A stretch of 64,000 nt of DNA, taken from Sminthopsis crassicaudata. Lineage: Eukaryota. The stretch is taken from contig NC_133617.1 of the NCBI RefSeq assembly GCF_048593235.1, positions 18,853,607-18,917,606 on the forward strand, given 5' to 3'. Under the pieces are notes generated by a model. The model did not search any database. It saw only the letters and a program-made list of their open reading frames with translations, and was not told the DNA's origin. Shown piece after piece: positions 23,134-35,998 of the stretch. The first letter of the stretch is position 1, and every line of letters starts with the position of its first letter. The position numbers were made by a program, and so were the translations under genes.

Positions 23134-23337
23134 GTTTCCACTCCTGGGATCGGTCACTTCTTTGTAAAGGCTGATGTCCAGGTAGTAGCCGGACTCGTTG
23201 GTCAGGAAGAGGCGAATGGGGATCGCGGTGCCGGTCGGGGTCATGCGGATGTTGATCTTGACCTCGGCCTGCAGGACCCGGAGCTTCCAGAGCCGGCTGC
23301 CGTATCTCATCACCATGGAGCGGACTGACTCCTCAAT
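23134..23337 (-). CDS. ACACB: ACACB exon 22/39 ([10 protein letters not shown]...PRSGN)
   Basis: ctggcag acceptor, AAC|gtaaga donor, 204 nt. Confidence 0.95.
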
Positions 23338-24557
23338 CTGCCAGGGACAGGAGACGCGCCTCCACGTGAGCTCCCCCCAACCTGAGGGGCTTCTGGACCC
23401 AGCCCATGAGGAAGCTTGGGGGAGGGGAGGGGGCTGGCTGGTCCAGCTTCAATCCGCTTTATCAGCCCAAGGATAAACAGGACACAAAAGCACTGAGAGA
23501 TTTCCCTCCTCAGTCATCAGCCATCCAACCACAGGAAGCTGCTCCACAACAGAAAAGGAGCCTGTGGCCCGAGTGGGTCACCTGAACTGCTTGTACAAAG
23601 CCCTTGTAGGAGGATACTGTCTCGTGAGGTTAAACAAGCTACCAGGATCCCTCTCTGTGTGTCCAGAGCCAGCCCGGGCTCTGACTGGCCAAGGGCCAAA
23701 GACCTGGGCTGGAAGCTCTCCAGGCAAGGCTCTCACCCAGGCAGGGGCCCGGGGCCAACAGGATCTAGCCGAGCTCTCAGAACTCCGAGGCTGGGCTGGC
23801 CCAGGGTCCACTCGGGATGGCCAGGAAGCAGCAAGCCCCAGCCACCACCACACAGTCTGTTCTCTGAGTGAAAAACCCCCGAGTTCTATGCTGTGCCCTG
23901 GATCCCCCTCACACTGCCAGACGACCTAATGGAGTAATCCAAGGACCCCCAAACCATGGCACCCGTCCAGGACAGATGAGCTTGCCATCTACAGCTAACC
24001 TGACTGTGAGTGTGAGCTTCTTGAGGGGACGGGTTGTCTCAAGTATTATTATTATTATCATTAATAATAATAATAATGTAAAATTATCCATTAATATGCT
24101 TAATATTATAAGTTTTAATATTAAGTATAGTTAATAATATTAAATATAGAAAAACAATTTAACAATATACTTAATATTAAAAACTTAATACTTAATACTT
24201 TTTCATTCATTTATACCAACTAGTTCCACAAGGGACTTAATTTTTATATCAAACATCAATCTCCAATCCAACAATTACTCTCTTTTAGGGAAATTGAGAT
24301 GATCTGGGAGCTCCCGGTGTCAGTCAAGTGGATGAAAGGGCGGCTGTGGATTGGGCCCCAGACACCTCCCTGCAGCAGAAAGGAGGCTGCCTTCTTGCCA
24401 CAAGTCCCATTAACTGCCCCTTCGCAGCTTTTAATTAGCTGCTCCTCACTCCTCCCAATGCTCCTGAAGGGCAGGAAGCTAGAACGCATTGGTCATTCCC
24501 CCAACCCTCTCCCCCCCCCCCCCCCCCCCCCACTGAGGCCGGCACCGAGGGGCAGAC

Positions 24558-24713
24558 CTTGGAAGGGTCCATGATGACCGTGGGCACAAAGTTGAGGAAG
24601 ATGTGGTTGCAGTCGGTGCGGACGCTGGTGTTGTTGAAGGCCACCTCCAGCTCGTCCATGGCTTCCAAGAGCAGCCGCTCCCCCTCGTTCTGCAGGTACT
24701 CGAAGGAGGCTTC
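24558..24713 (-). CDS. ACACB: ACACB exon 21/39 ([10 protein letters not shown]...MDPSK)
   Basis: ccggcag acceptor, AAG|gtctgc donor, 156 nt. Confidence 0.94.
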
Positions 24714-24879
24714 CTGCCGGGGGACAAGAGCTTGGCTGTCACATGGCGGCGGGGGCAAGTCCAGGGCCTGAGGAGGAGCCTGCCTCCTGAAAGGGACCCG
24801 GTGGGCTCGGGTGGGGAAGGGATGTCTTCCTTTGTTAAAAGGGAGCGGGCTTTGGGCTGATGGTGGGGAATAACCACGC

Positions 24880-27115
24880 TGTCCCATATGTATATGTTGT
24901 TATTATTATATGTTGTTATATCACATAATATTATATACTAATAGTATCATATACTCATATTGTGTGTAATTATTATGTGTCAACATTATATATTATTATG
25001 TGTAATATTTTACATTACTAAATTAGGTATAATCATATTACATAATGTTGTGTATTATATTATTATATATTAATATTATATATCATTATTATATGCTAAT
25101 ATCATGATATATTAATTAGGATATATTAATATATTATATAATATGTTATATTACTGTGTAAGATATCACGTTACATAATAATGCATATTATTATACATAC
25201 TAATATTATGTATAATGCATTATAATATTAATATATTAGCATTATCATATTATATAATAATGTGATTACATCATTATATACTAATATTATATATTAACAT
25301 TGCATGTAATTATATACTAATATTATTATATATTGATATTATGTGTAATATATTATATTACTATGTTAGACATATACTACATAACATTGTGTGTTATATA
25401 TACTACTATGTATGATAATGTATGATAATATTGTTATATTGGATATCATAGAAAATGTATTACATCATTATATACTGATATTATTATATATTATTATGTA
25501 TAATGTTATATTATGTTAGACATTGTCACATTGCATATCATTGTATATTACATATACTAATATTATGTAAATTATTATATTATATTAGACATGTTCATAT
25601 CACACAATTCTGTGCATTACATTATTATATGTTCATATTTCATAATTATTATTTACTAATATTATGTATAATGTGTTATGTTACTATATGTAATATTGTA
25701 TATTACATTATAATATATACCATTATACATAATGTGTTATATTACTATATTAGACATTACCATATTATGTAATATTAAATATTATATTATTAAACATTAT
25801 ATGCTAACATTAATATATTAATATTGCATGATTATTATTTACTAACATTATATATTATTATGTATAATGTTTTATATTACTACATTAGGTATAATCATAT
25901 TACATAACATTGTGTATTATATATAATTATATAATACACAATGTTATGTAATATGATTATACCTAATAATTATTATATAATAATGATATATATTAATATA
26001 TAATTATATAATAATATATATCATTATTATATAATAATTATGATATATTAAAATATTATATAATATGTTATATTACTGTGTTAGACATTATCAAATTACA
26101 TAATAACGTATATTATTATACATACTAATATTATGTATAATGCATTATAATAATATATTAGGCATTATCATATATAATATTGTGATTACATCATTATATA
26201 CTAACATTACATATTAATAGTGCATATATAAGTATATACTAATATTATATATCGATATTATGTGTAATATGTCATATTATTATGTTAGACATATACTGCA
26301 TAACATTGTGTGTTATATATACTATTATGTATAATAACGTATGATAATATTGCTATATAAGAAATCATAGAATATGTATTACATCATTATATACTGATAT
26401 TATTATATATTATGTATAATCATGGTATATTATGTTAAACATTGTCACATTGCATAACAGTGTATATTACATATACTAATATTATGTATAATTATTATAT
26501 TAGACATGTTCATATTACACAATTCTGTATCTTACATTATTATATGTTCATATTTCATAATTATTATTTACTAATATTATGCATAATGTGTTGTTACTAT
26601 ATGTAATATTGTATATTACATTATGATATATACCATTATATATAATGTGTTATATTATTATATTAGACATTACCATATTACATATTAAATATTACATTAT
26701 TAAACATTATACGCTAACATTAATATATTAATATTGCATAATTATTATTTACTAACATTATGTATAATGTGTTATGTTACTATGTAATATACATTATATA
26801 ATATTGTATATTACATTATTATATAAATATACAATCACATATTAATATTACTCTATATTAATATTATGTGTATCATGTTATATTACTGTTGAATATACAT
26901 TACATAATATTGTATATTACATTATTATATATTATTATATATACCATTATGTATAGTATGTTATAATATTACTATATAAGAAATTATCATATCACACAAT
27001 ATTGAGTATTGTATTATAACTTAAGAATATATCACATTCTCTAATATATCACAATATTAGAATATATTACATTATATTATATGTATATATTATACTACAG
27101 TATATTATATGTATT
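24880..27115. repeat. AT-rich low-complexity block containing a roughly 0.9-kb tandem duplication
   Basis: About 24975-25845 repeated at about 25845-26765. Confidence 0.85.
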
Positions 27116-27514
27116 ATTGTTCCCGCTCTGTGCAACACTGGATGAGGTGCTTAGTGTCTGGGCAAGAGTTTCTATGCCTGCAATATTCAAGCAAAATCTA
27201 AATGACAAATGGGGAGAGAATTTCTAAAACAAGAATTAAGGAGATAATAATAATAGCTATCATATAGATATATCTAAAGATAAATTATAATGAAACTAAT
27301 GATAATAGCTAGCATATACATAGGGATTTCAAGTTGGAAAAGTGTTTGCTACAAATGCTCTCTTTTGACCCTTGGGGGCAGACGCCACTATTGTGCCCAC
27401 TGGGCATGTGAGGAGCTAATGCGTGTTTGTGGCAGGATTTGGATTCAGGCCTTCCTGACTCCCAGGCCTGGGCTGCCTCTCTGGCCTGCTCTGAGTCCCC
27501 GCCCTGCGCCGTAC

Positions 27515-27730
27515 CTTGGTGATGAGGTCCGAGTGCCTGATGATGGCGCGGATGAAGAACCGGTAGTCGGTCACTTCGGTGCCCTCCTTCACTCGCGCTG
27601 CGCCCAGGTATAGGTGCATTTTGTGGTTGGCGCAGGGCACAGCCTTCAGATCAAAGTTCCGCATTCGATTCAGCTCCAGCTGGAAGGCCAGGGCCGGCTC
27701 CAAATGGCGGTAAATCCTGTCTTCGGCAAA
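27515..27730 (-). CDS. ACACB: ACACB exon 20/39 ([10 protein letters not shown]...SDLITK)
   Basis: tcttcag acceptor, AAG|gtacgg donor, 216 nt. Confidence 0.95.
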
Positions 27731-28375
27731 CTGAAGAAAACCAGCAAAAGTCAGCAGAGAGCCTCTGCTTGGAGGGGCCGGTCCGTGGGCACAGCGTAGT
27801 ATTATGACCCCACTGAAGAGGGGGCAAGGAAGGCACCCCGATGGGCAGAATTCAGCGGGCCTCTGACCCAGAACCGGGACAAAGTGTCCTGGGAGGTGAA
27901 ATAGCCCATCTCTGACCCCAAGCCTTGGAAGGAAGGGGGAATGGGGCTGGGTTTGGAACCTCACAGGATGGGGCTTCCAATGGTAGAGAAGGAAGAAAGG
28001 GCACTCAAGGAAGAGGAAACAGCGTGGGCAAAGGCAAGGAGATAGGAAAGTGCTGGACGTTCAAGGGGACAGTACTATGCCTTGGGAGTCAGCCCACCAG
28101 GGATTTAATCCCAGCGGTGCTCCCTGCAACCCATGCAACCTTGGGCCAGTAGGTCCAACCCCATCCCTGGGTCTCAGTTGCTCTCATCTGTAAAATGGGG
28201 GGCTGAAATAGGTGACCTCTATATGCCCTTCCCCCTGTGACCCAGGAAGAGTTTGGACTGGTCTGTGACCACTGGCCCAATGTGGCAGGGGGTAACCTGC
28301 TGGAGGGCACCCGCCCATGTGGGCGCCACATTCTAGCACATCAGGCAGACAGACCACCAGGACATTTGGCCGTAC

Positions 28376-28417
28376 CTCATCTCGTGCTCTGAAGGTGAAA
28401 AACTTGGGAAATTCTCT
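28376..28417 (-). CDS. ACACB: ACACB exon 19/39 (REFPKFFTFRARDE), 42-nt mini-exon
   Basis: tttgcag acceptor, GAG|gtacgg donor. Confidence 0.93.
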
Positions 28418-28596
28418 CTGCAAAAAAGAAACCACAGGAAAGAAAATCAATCCAAGGTCAGGGACCCAGGGTCTGCTTTCTCTGAATCAGGCCCAAGTGT
28501 CTGCAGGCCCCAGCCTCCTATCCCCCAGACTGACCCCTCGCCAGCCCGATGGGTGGAACCAAGGTTCTGGGCCATGAAAACGGGTCACCCACTCAC

Positions 28597-28653
28597 CTCC
28601 TGGGCGATGAGGAAGGTGATTCTCCGGAGGCCGTATTCCACAAGGACGTGCTT
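28597..28653 (-). CDS. ACACB: ACACB exon 18/39 (KHVLVEYGLRRITFLIAQE)
   Basis: aatgtag acceptor, GAG|gtgagt donor, 57 nt. Confidence 0.92.
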
Positions 28654-29475
28654 CTACATTCAAAGAAGACAACAAGCGAGTGTCACTGTCTAGGTGGGAC
28701 ATGGCTATCACAAGAGGGACCCTGCTGGCAACAGCTCCACAAAGGGCACAGAGTCCGGCACGGGATGGCCACGGGCAGAGCAGAGCGAGCTGGCTCTCCA
28801 CTGGCCGCCCTAGCTCGGGCTAGCAGGAAGCTGGGAGCTGCTGGATTCCAGAGAGCCGCCGGGGAGGGGGCAGTCAGCCCGACCCAGACCCGAGCTCAGG
28901 AGCAATCCTGGCAGCACTTGGTTCCTGAGGCCCTAAGGCCCAGATCTTGGGACACAGTTCTGTCCCAGGACAGGAGAGGCTGAAATGATTCCTAAGTCCA
29001 CTCCGCAGAGGGGGAAGCTGAAGCTCAAATAAGTGCTCCCTCTGGTCAGCCCTGTATGGCGTGGGTCAGAAATAGGTCTCCTGCCTCCATGTTTACCCAG
29101 CACCACCCTGGCCCAAAATGCCTCAAGAACCCTCATTTGTGGATATGTGATATCCCTTTTTATTTCTCCCTCAGCCTCATAAACTACACCCTAGACACAA
29201 GAGGAGCTGCATAAATGCACTCTGGGTGAAGAAAAGTGCACAGTGCCATCTGTATACATGTAGACTCGGCCAATGGACAGAAGCCAGTTTGGACCAGAGC
29301 TCTGGCCTCCCTGCCCCCCAGGGGCACCATGAGGAAAGTATCTTGTGAACCCCAAAGTGGTGTGGGAGTCAGGGGAGCACAAGGAGACCCCACCATAGCC
29401 CCCAGCCCCAAAGTCTTTAAATCCCCCCATCCCACAGGAGCCCCGGGACCCCGGAAGGTACAACACCGTCAGCAC

Positions 29476-29583
29476 CTTGGATTGCACAAATGTCCGGAAG
29501 ATAGGTACCAGCTCCTCGTCCTCCAGGTGGTCGGCGTACTGGATGGCAACGTTCAAAATGTGGATGGGCTCGTCCTTGAGGCA
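29476..29583 (-). CDS. ACACB: ACACB exon 17/39 ([10 protein letters not shown]...FVQSK)
   Basis: ctcccag acceptor, weak AAG|gtgctg donor, 108 nt. Confidence 0.9.
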
Positions 29584-29589
29584 CTGGGA

Positions 29590-30320
29590 GTCAGGGGGAG
29601 TGAGAGAGAACAACAGAGAGTAAGAACAAGAGCTAGAAAGAGAGCGAGAGGAAGAGAGAGAGACACACAGAGAGAGACAGAAAGAGCAAAATAGAGCGAT
29701 AGAGACACTGAGACAAAGACAGAAATAGAGAGTCAAGAGACAGAGACGAAGACAGAGAGGAGACAGAAGAGAAGATAATGGGAAAGAAAGAGACAGAGAG
29801 AGAGAGAAAGAGAGACACAGAGAGACAGGAATAGACAGCAAAGAGATAAAGGGAAACAGACACACAAAATCATGGAGGAGAGAGAAAAAGAGACAGAGAG
29901 AGATAGAGACAGAGACACATACACGGAGATAGTCATAAAGGAGAGAGAAATAAAAGAGCGAGAAAGAGACAGAAATAAAGATAGTGATGGAGAGAAACAA
30001 AGAGAGGGATAAAGGAAAAGACAGATATACAGATATAGAGGAGAGAGAGAGAAAAAGAGAGACCGATAGAGATGGAGAAAAACAGAGAAGACAGAGGAGA
30101 GAGATAAAGGGAAAGACAGACACACAGAGTCACAGAGGAGAGGGAAAAAGAAAAAGAGATACAGAGATAGAGACAAACAGAGATAGAGACAGACAGATAG
30201 AGATAGAGGCAGATGGAGGTAGAGACAGATATAGAGACAGACGGAGATAAGAGACAGACAGAGAGACAAACATAGATAAAGCCAGAAAGACAAGAGACAG
30301 AGACAGGTAGTGACAGACAA
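29590..30320. repeat. (GA)n/(GAGACA)n polypurine simple repeat
   Basis: agagagacagagagagacag... Confidence 0.9.
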
Positions 30321-30406
30321 GCAGGGAAGGAGGGTCAGCTGCTCCCCCACTCTTGGGCAGGACCCCCCCCCCCCCACAGAGGATTCCTTGCCCTGTGCTC
30401 ACTCAC

Positions 30407-30503
30407 CTTGCAATCCTCTGAGTAGAGCATGGACCGCGCCTCGCTGAACAGTGGGCTCTCCTTAGCCAGATTGGCGAAGCAGGAGATGACTTCATCGAAA
30501 TTT
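30407..30503 (-). CDS. ACACB: ACACB exon 16/39 (NFDEVISCFA...YSEDCK)
   Basis: cccttag acceptor, AAG|gtgagt donor, 97 nt. Confidence 0.93.
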
Positions 30504-30694
30504 CTAAGGGGGTTCAAAGCAGTCGGGAGGGAGGGTCAGGGGCTTTGCAGGCTTACCCGGAGGGGACAAGCGCCCGGGTGGGGCACGAGGCACAGAGCAC
30601 CAGGTGCACTTCCTGCCCATGTGACTCTCATCTGCTCGGCTCTAAAGCCATTTTTCCAGCCCAAGGTTCTATGGGAAGCTGCTCTATTTGGTAC

Positions 30695-30832
30695 CTGACA
30701 AAGTCCTCAAATCTGTGGAAGGCGACCATGGCGCCCATCCTCTGGCAGAGAGGAGAGAAGCCGCTGTCCATGAACAGCTCGGTGCTGTGTCGCAGCAGGT
30801 CAGGGTTATTGATGCTGACCGGAAGAGCCATT
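30695..30832 (-). CDS. ACACB: ACACB exon 15/39 ([10 protein letters not shown]...FEDFV R)
   Basis: tctgcag acceptor, AG|gtacca donor, 138 nt. Confidence 0.93.
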
Positions 30833-30989
30833 CTGCAGAGAGGACCAAGAGACAATGGTCACTATAGGGCCCCAGGAGCAGCCACCAAGGGATCCATCCA
30901 TTCAGAGAATCCTCTGAACGCTGCCCTTGTTATAACCACCCTGGGAGAGACAAAATGGCATGTGGAGAGTGGCAAATAGGCTCTCATTT

Positions 30990-31135
30990 GATCCTCATAA
31001 CTTCCCTAAGAGGCAGGTATAATTATTATCCCCATTTTACAGATGAGGAAACTGAGGCAGATATCTGGGAAGTAACTTAGTCACAGTCACATATCTAGCT
31101 GCCCGAGGCTAGATTTGAACCAATGCTCTATCCTT
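30990..31135 (-). mobile_element. MIR/CORE-SINE, degenerate
   Basis: attatccccattttacagatgaggaaactgaggcag CORE motif. Confidence 0.6.
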
Positions 31136-33031
31136 GCTAGGAATAGGGATTTGTCAAGTTGGGCCAACTTCCCTGGTGGTCAGAAAATAAGTTTTTGTAA
31201 CTTCCTTCCCTCTGGACAGAGGAGGTCACTCTGCTACTACTCTGAGTTTTCAAACAAACTCAGCAAGCTTGCACTGGGCAAGAATGCACCTCTGAACTTC
31301 TGGCAGGTGCAGGAGAAGGATGATGGATTCGGAATCAGGAGACTTGGGTTAGAATCCTGCTGGTAACAATTACTAGCAAACTACCTGACTGTTCTAAGCC
31401 TTGACTTCCTGACCTGTAAAATGGGATAATAATATTGACAATATTTACCTCCTATCTATGAGGCTCCCATGAGAAAACATGTAAAATGCTCACACTGCCT
31501 TGTTCCAGGATGGCACAAACACCACAAAGGACAAGAGGCATGGGAGAAGCATATGTCTGGATGCACCTGGATGAGGTCTGAAAGTCTGCATGTATGAGCC
31601 CCATTAGCCATTTCATAGTCTTCCCTGGGGGGAATCCCGCCTTTTGCAGAGGTGAAAACTGAGGTCTGGTGTAGAGTTGAGGAATGACTTGCCCAAGATC
31701 ATACAAATAATAACGTTTGGAGCTGGAATCACACTGCATTACTCGAGATAACAGCTTTGGGGATTCACCCTTCTGGCGTTCAGCGAGTGCCAGAAGCAGG
31801 TTCTACAAGGATTTCCAAATGAAATACTATCAAATTTTAAGCTGCCCTACAAGGTTGGGGCAGTTCTGGGCCCACAGATAGAAGATCTGTTCTGGGCACT
31901 TCCTGCATATAGACAACACAGAAGTTCCCAGAAGACCCTCTGGAAGTGTCATACCAGAGGCCCTCTGCCCCCCCATTCTGCTGATATAGTGAGGCATGTA
32001 TCCCAGAAACCTGTGCTTTTTTCCCCCAAGAAAGAGAATTAGGGACATTGGGGATGAGAAAAGCACAGGATCTAAAGCCAAAATGACCTGAGTATGAATT
32101 CTGCCACTGTTATCTTACTCCCACCTGGAGAGGATGCCTGTGTGACTTCGGGCAGATCATTTCACTTCCCCAAATCTCAGTCTCATCTTCTGTACAAGGA
32201 ACGGGCTGAACTAGAGGATCTCTAGATGTTACCTTCCTTTCCCTCCCCGGAACTCCCACTCCACTGAGACCACACCACATACCACTCACCAGGCATTTGT
32301 AGGGCCCCTATGCTCCAAAGAATTTCAAGCCACAGTGTTTGCTTTTCCTTTAATTTGCAATTCCTGAAGATTCTAGCAAATCCCCTCACCACTCAAAGCT
32401 GAGTTTTCCTCACCTATGAAAGGTGAGCTCTCCCCTTCTCCAGCCCAGACATTCTTTATATTGTCATTAAAACAGAAGCATTCTCCTTTTAAGATTAAAA
32501 AAAAATCCCAAATGATTAGGAAAGCTATTTCTCAGTTTAAAGAGACCATAAGTTCACCTATCCTGTATGAACCCCTGTAATTGCCAACAGATGGAAAACA
32601 AGCATCCCAAAGAGACAATCCCAGTCCCACCTGATAGTCAGGAATCAAGGGAAGGAGGAAAAAGAAAGAAAAAAGGCCAAATATTTAAGAGATAGGGAGA
32701 TTTTAGGTTCCAAGAACCACACTGTACCTGACCAGGAAAGGGGCGTGTGCTCTGAAATAAGATTGTGGAAAAATGAGACAGCAAACTAAGACATCACAAA
32801 ATGTCACAGGGAGAGGGGACGCCAGCTGATCACCCCGTGTCCCCTTCAAAGATCACAGAGAACAATTTCACAGAACAATTCTCTGAGGAGCAGTGATGCT
32901 ATCCAGAGCTCTGGGTCCCTTCTCAACAATCAGAGAGCCCACGTGCTTTGGTTGGGGAGGCAGGGAGGTGAGGTGGTGATCTTCCCAATGGCTGGTGCTG
33001 GGGCCACAGCAAGGAAACGAGGGGTCTGTAC

Positions 33032-33150
33032 CTGTTCGGATGGGATGAGGGCAGCATGAACTGGAATTCCACAACACAGGTGCCATCAGGAAGCTGCCGG
33101 TGCTGCAGGCTGTTTAGCTCATAGGCAATGTAGCCTCTGCGGACATATAC
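33032..33150 (-). CDS. ACACB: ACACB exon 14/39 ([10 protein letters not shown]...SSHPN R)
   Basis: gccttag acceptor, AG|gtacag donor, 119 nt. Confidence 0.94.
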
Positions 33151-33660
33151 CTAAGGCAAGGAGAAATAGGAGGCGGAGTCTTCAAACCATCCCACATTAA
33201 ACCAACTAGGCATTCCCTCATTTGGAGAAGATTTGCCCTCCTTGAAGGCAGGAACAATCTCATTTTTCTATTTGTATTTCCTGGACTTAGCATGGAGCTT
33301 GACATACAATAAGCACTTAATAAATGTTCATTCATTCATTCATTCATGTCCAGGAGCATCTCCTTGAAGGCAGGAACAATCTCATTTTTTTAAACTGGTA
33401 TCCCCAACATTTAGCACAGAGCTTGGCATACAGTAAGCACTTAATAAATGTTCATTCATTCATTCAGGCCCAAGAACATTTTCTTAATTTTTCTACTTCT
33501 ATCCCTAGCTCTTAGCACAAAGCTTGGTATACACTAAGCACTTAATGTTTATTCTTTCATGCCCAGAGCACTTTCTGAAGACAGTTAATGGACCTGCTTG
33601 CCTAAAATGTGATGGTCTGGGGCTGGGAGGACACATGCATTCAGCTGGCACAACACTCAC

Positions 33661-33750
33661 CTCCAGGGATGCCATGCAGACCACCTGGTTAGCATGGTAG
33701 AAAAAATTGGGCAGAACATCAAATATGGTGGTTTCGGACAGGATCAGTTT
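33661..33750 (-). CDS. ACACB: ACACB exon 13/39 ([10 protein letters not shown]...MASLE)
   Basis: cttccag acceptor, GAG|gtgagt donor, 90 nt. Confidence 0.94.
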
Positions 33751-34534
33751 CTGGAAGAAAAGGAGAAAGAAGTCAGGAAATCTCCATAACTCACCACAGA
33801 AAACAAGAAGCAAAACTTGTGGATGGAAGAGGCCGAAGGACACCCACTTTTTCAAGACATAAGATAAGAGAGACAGAGGAAGGATGTGCAGGTGGAGCTC
33901 GGGGAAGGGCTGGCTCAGTTGGTGCTCCTGGGTATTAATTCAGGTTCCTTTGACTTATCTCTTATTCCATGGTGGAACATAAATTCCACAAAGCTGGGGA
34001 CTTTGAACCATTGGTACTCAGCTCAATGCTCACCGTATACAGCAAGGGCTTAATGGATGCATGAAACATAGATAACAGTAGTGTCAAGAACCTGGAAGCC
34101 CCAAAACAAATGCCTCCAAAACATATTGTCTCTTAATAGTGTAAGAAAAAAGTACAGTCTAATAGAAAGTGACAACAGATAGCTGGATGACTTAACCCTG
34201 GAGCCTCAGTTTCCCTTGTCATCACAGACATTGCGTCAGTGTTACTCTGACCCACCCCAGGAGCTCCTGCCAAACAGAGTAGGAGCAGGAAGAGGAGTGG
34301 GTCCCTTCTATTGGGAAGTAATCAATTCTGCTGTACATGATGGTAAAATGGATTCTGGGTAACAAGTCTATGGGAAGAGGTCAGAGTATAAATGGCTCCC
34401 ACCATCCATCCATCCATCTACCCCGAGTCTATCGATGCTTTACAACATCCCAGCGTCCGTCCCCTAAGTGCCAGAGTGGAAGGAAGGCCAATTTCAGAAA
34501 CCACAGCCAGAGACTTTTGGGAAACAGAGCTTAC

Positions 34535-34648
34535 CTTGAGGTTTTCTGGGCAGAACTGGTGGCCATACATGTCAATGGCAGACAAGAAAATGGATTCTAC
34601 TTGGTTGTGTCTGAGTTCATAAGAGGGGAGGTGGGAGGCGATCAGTAC
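34535..34648 (-). CDS. ACACB: ACACB exon 12/39 ([10 protein letters not shown]...PENLK)
   Basis: ctttcag acceptor, AAG|gtaagc donor, 114 nt. Confidence 0.94.
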
Positions 34649-34855
34649 CTGAAAGGGAAGCTCATGAGAACATGTGCCTGCAGGAGGAACCCATGAGAAG
34701 CAGACTGGCCACTTCTCGCCACGGTAAACGTCTTTGCCAGGCTGATGAGCTCACAAGAACCATGTCTGAGAGGAAACTGTTTAGCATCCCATGCAAAATC
34801 ACGTGCACATGAGAGGACCACAAGGACCCAGATGGCATAAAGCAAGACCACCTAC

Positions 34856-34969
34856 CTGTCTGGCTCTTAAGGCTACTTTGCAGTGTTCACTTTTGCTCAA
34901 CTGGGTAAGTTCACCGAGAATGGAGAGAAGCTCATCGGTCAATGATGGATCTGGACCACACAACTCATC
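34856..34969 (-). CDS. ACACB: ACACB exon 11/39 ([10 protein letters not shown]...LRARQ)
   Basis: cccaaag acceptor, CAG|gtaggt donor, 114 nt. Confidence 0.93.
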
Positions 34970-35998
34970 CTTTGGGAGACAAAACATATACCCAATATGA
35001 TAAAGTCTTTAAAGTGGATTTCCTTGAGTGGAGGAGTTCTTTTTTTTGTTTGTTTATTTGATTGATTTTTAAAAATTTTTTTGAGTGTAGGAGTTCTTAA
35101 ACTTTTGAGATAACAAGTTTTTTTGGAAGTGGGATGAAGTCTAAGGATGCCTGAGAAAAGTGTTTTTAAGTGTAAAAGATTCTATTGGTAACAAATTATA
35201 TTTGTCACCAATTATATTTGTCATCAAATTATATTTGTCATTATATTTCAATTATATTGAAAACAAGGTCACAGACCCAAATTAAGAGGCTAGGCCCTTA
35301 TGGCTGGGCAGACTCCAAGAATGGTGACATTACAATGCACTCTTTGCCATCATACTCCCCTCTGGTACCTCTACATATACTTGGGAATAACATAATGAGC
35401 ATCAAAAAATCCTAATCCAGAACGTAAAGGCTAAAAGAGACCTTATGGCTCATCTATAATCCAACTTTCTTGGGTATTCAGGCAGGAGGAGGAATTTGTC
35501 TAAGGTCACGGAATGAACTACCCAGAGAATTGGGACTAGAACCTAAGGTCCCCAGCATTCAATGCAACATCCCTTCCAATTCAGTTATAGTCATTAATCA
35601 CCTGCAATATTTTTAAGGGTATGAGATACAAAGACAAACACAGGACAGTTCTTGCCTTCGAGAACCTCATAAACTACCATAACAAAATGGGGCCCATGTA
35701 ACCAATGATCAGTTCTACTAAACCATCTTTCCCAAATAGTCCCACCAATGTTCTAGCTATGTTTTCCGCTGGTTCTCAAAACACAGCAGATCTCCTGGAT
35801 GGGTCACCAAATGATCAATAAGGACGAGTTTTTGGAGAATATCAGAGGTGGAACCGATCAGTTTCTGAGAATTTGTGAGAATCACAAACTCTGAGCATTG
35901 GAAGGTCACCTAATCTAGAAGAAACATCCCTTCTAGAGCAGGCCTGACAAGGTTGTCCAGAAAAAGAGAGTGTGTGTCACTTTGGGACAGTTCTAACA

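Noticed and set aside
29191-30402. 310-aa Leu/Ser-rich ORF and neighbours
   Set aside because: Translation of (GA)n/(CT)n repeat; only 29476-29583 is real coding sequence
30833-33031. ACACA-type 24-nt alternative microexon
   Set aside because: No supportable candidate seen; HPNR|MALP is already continuous, as expected for ACC2
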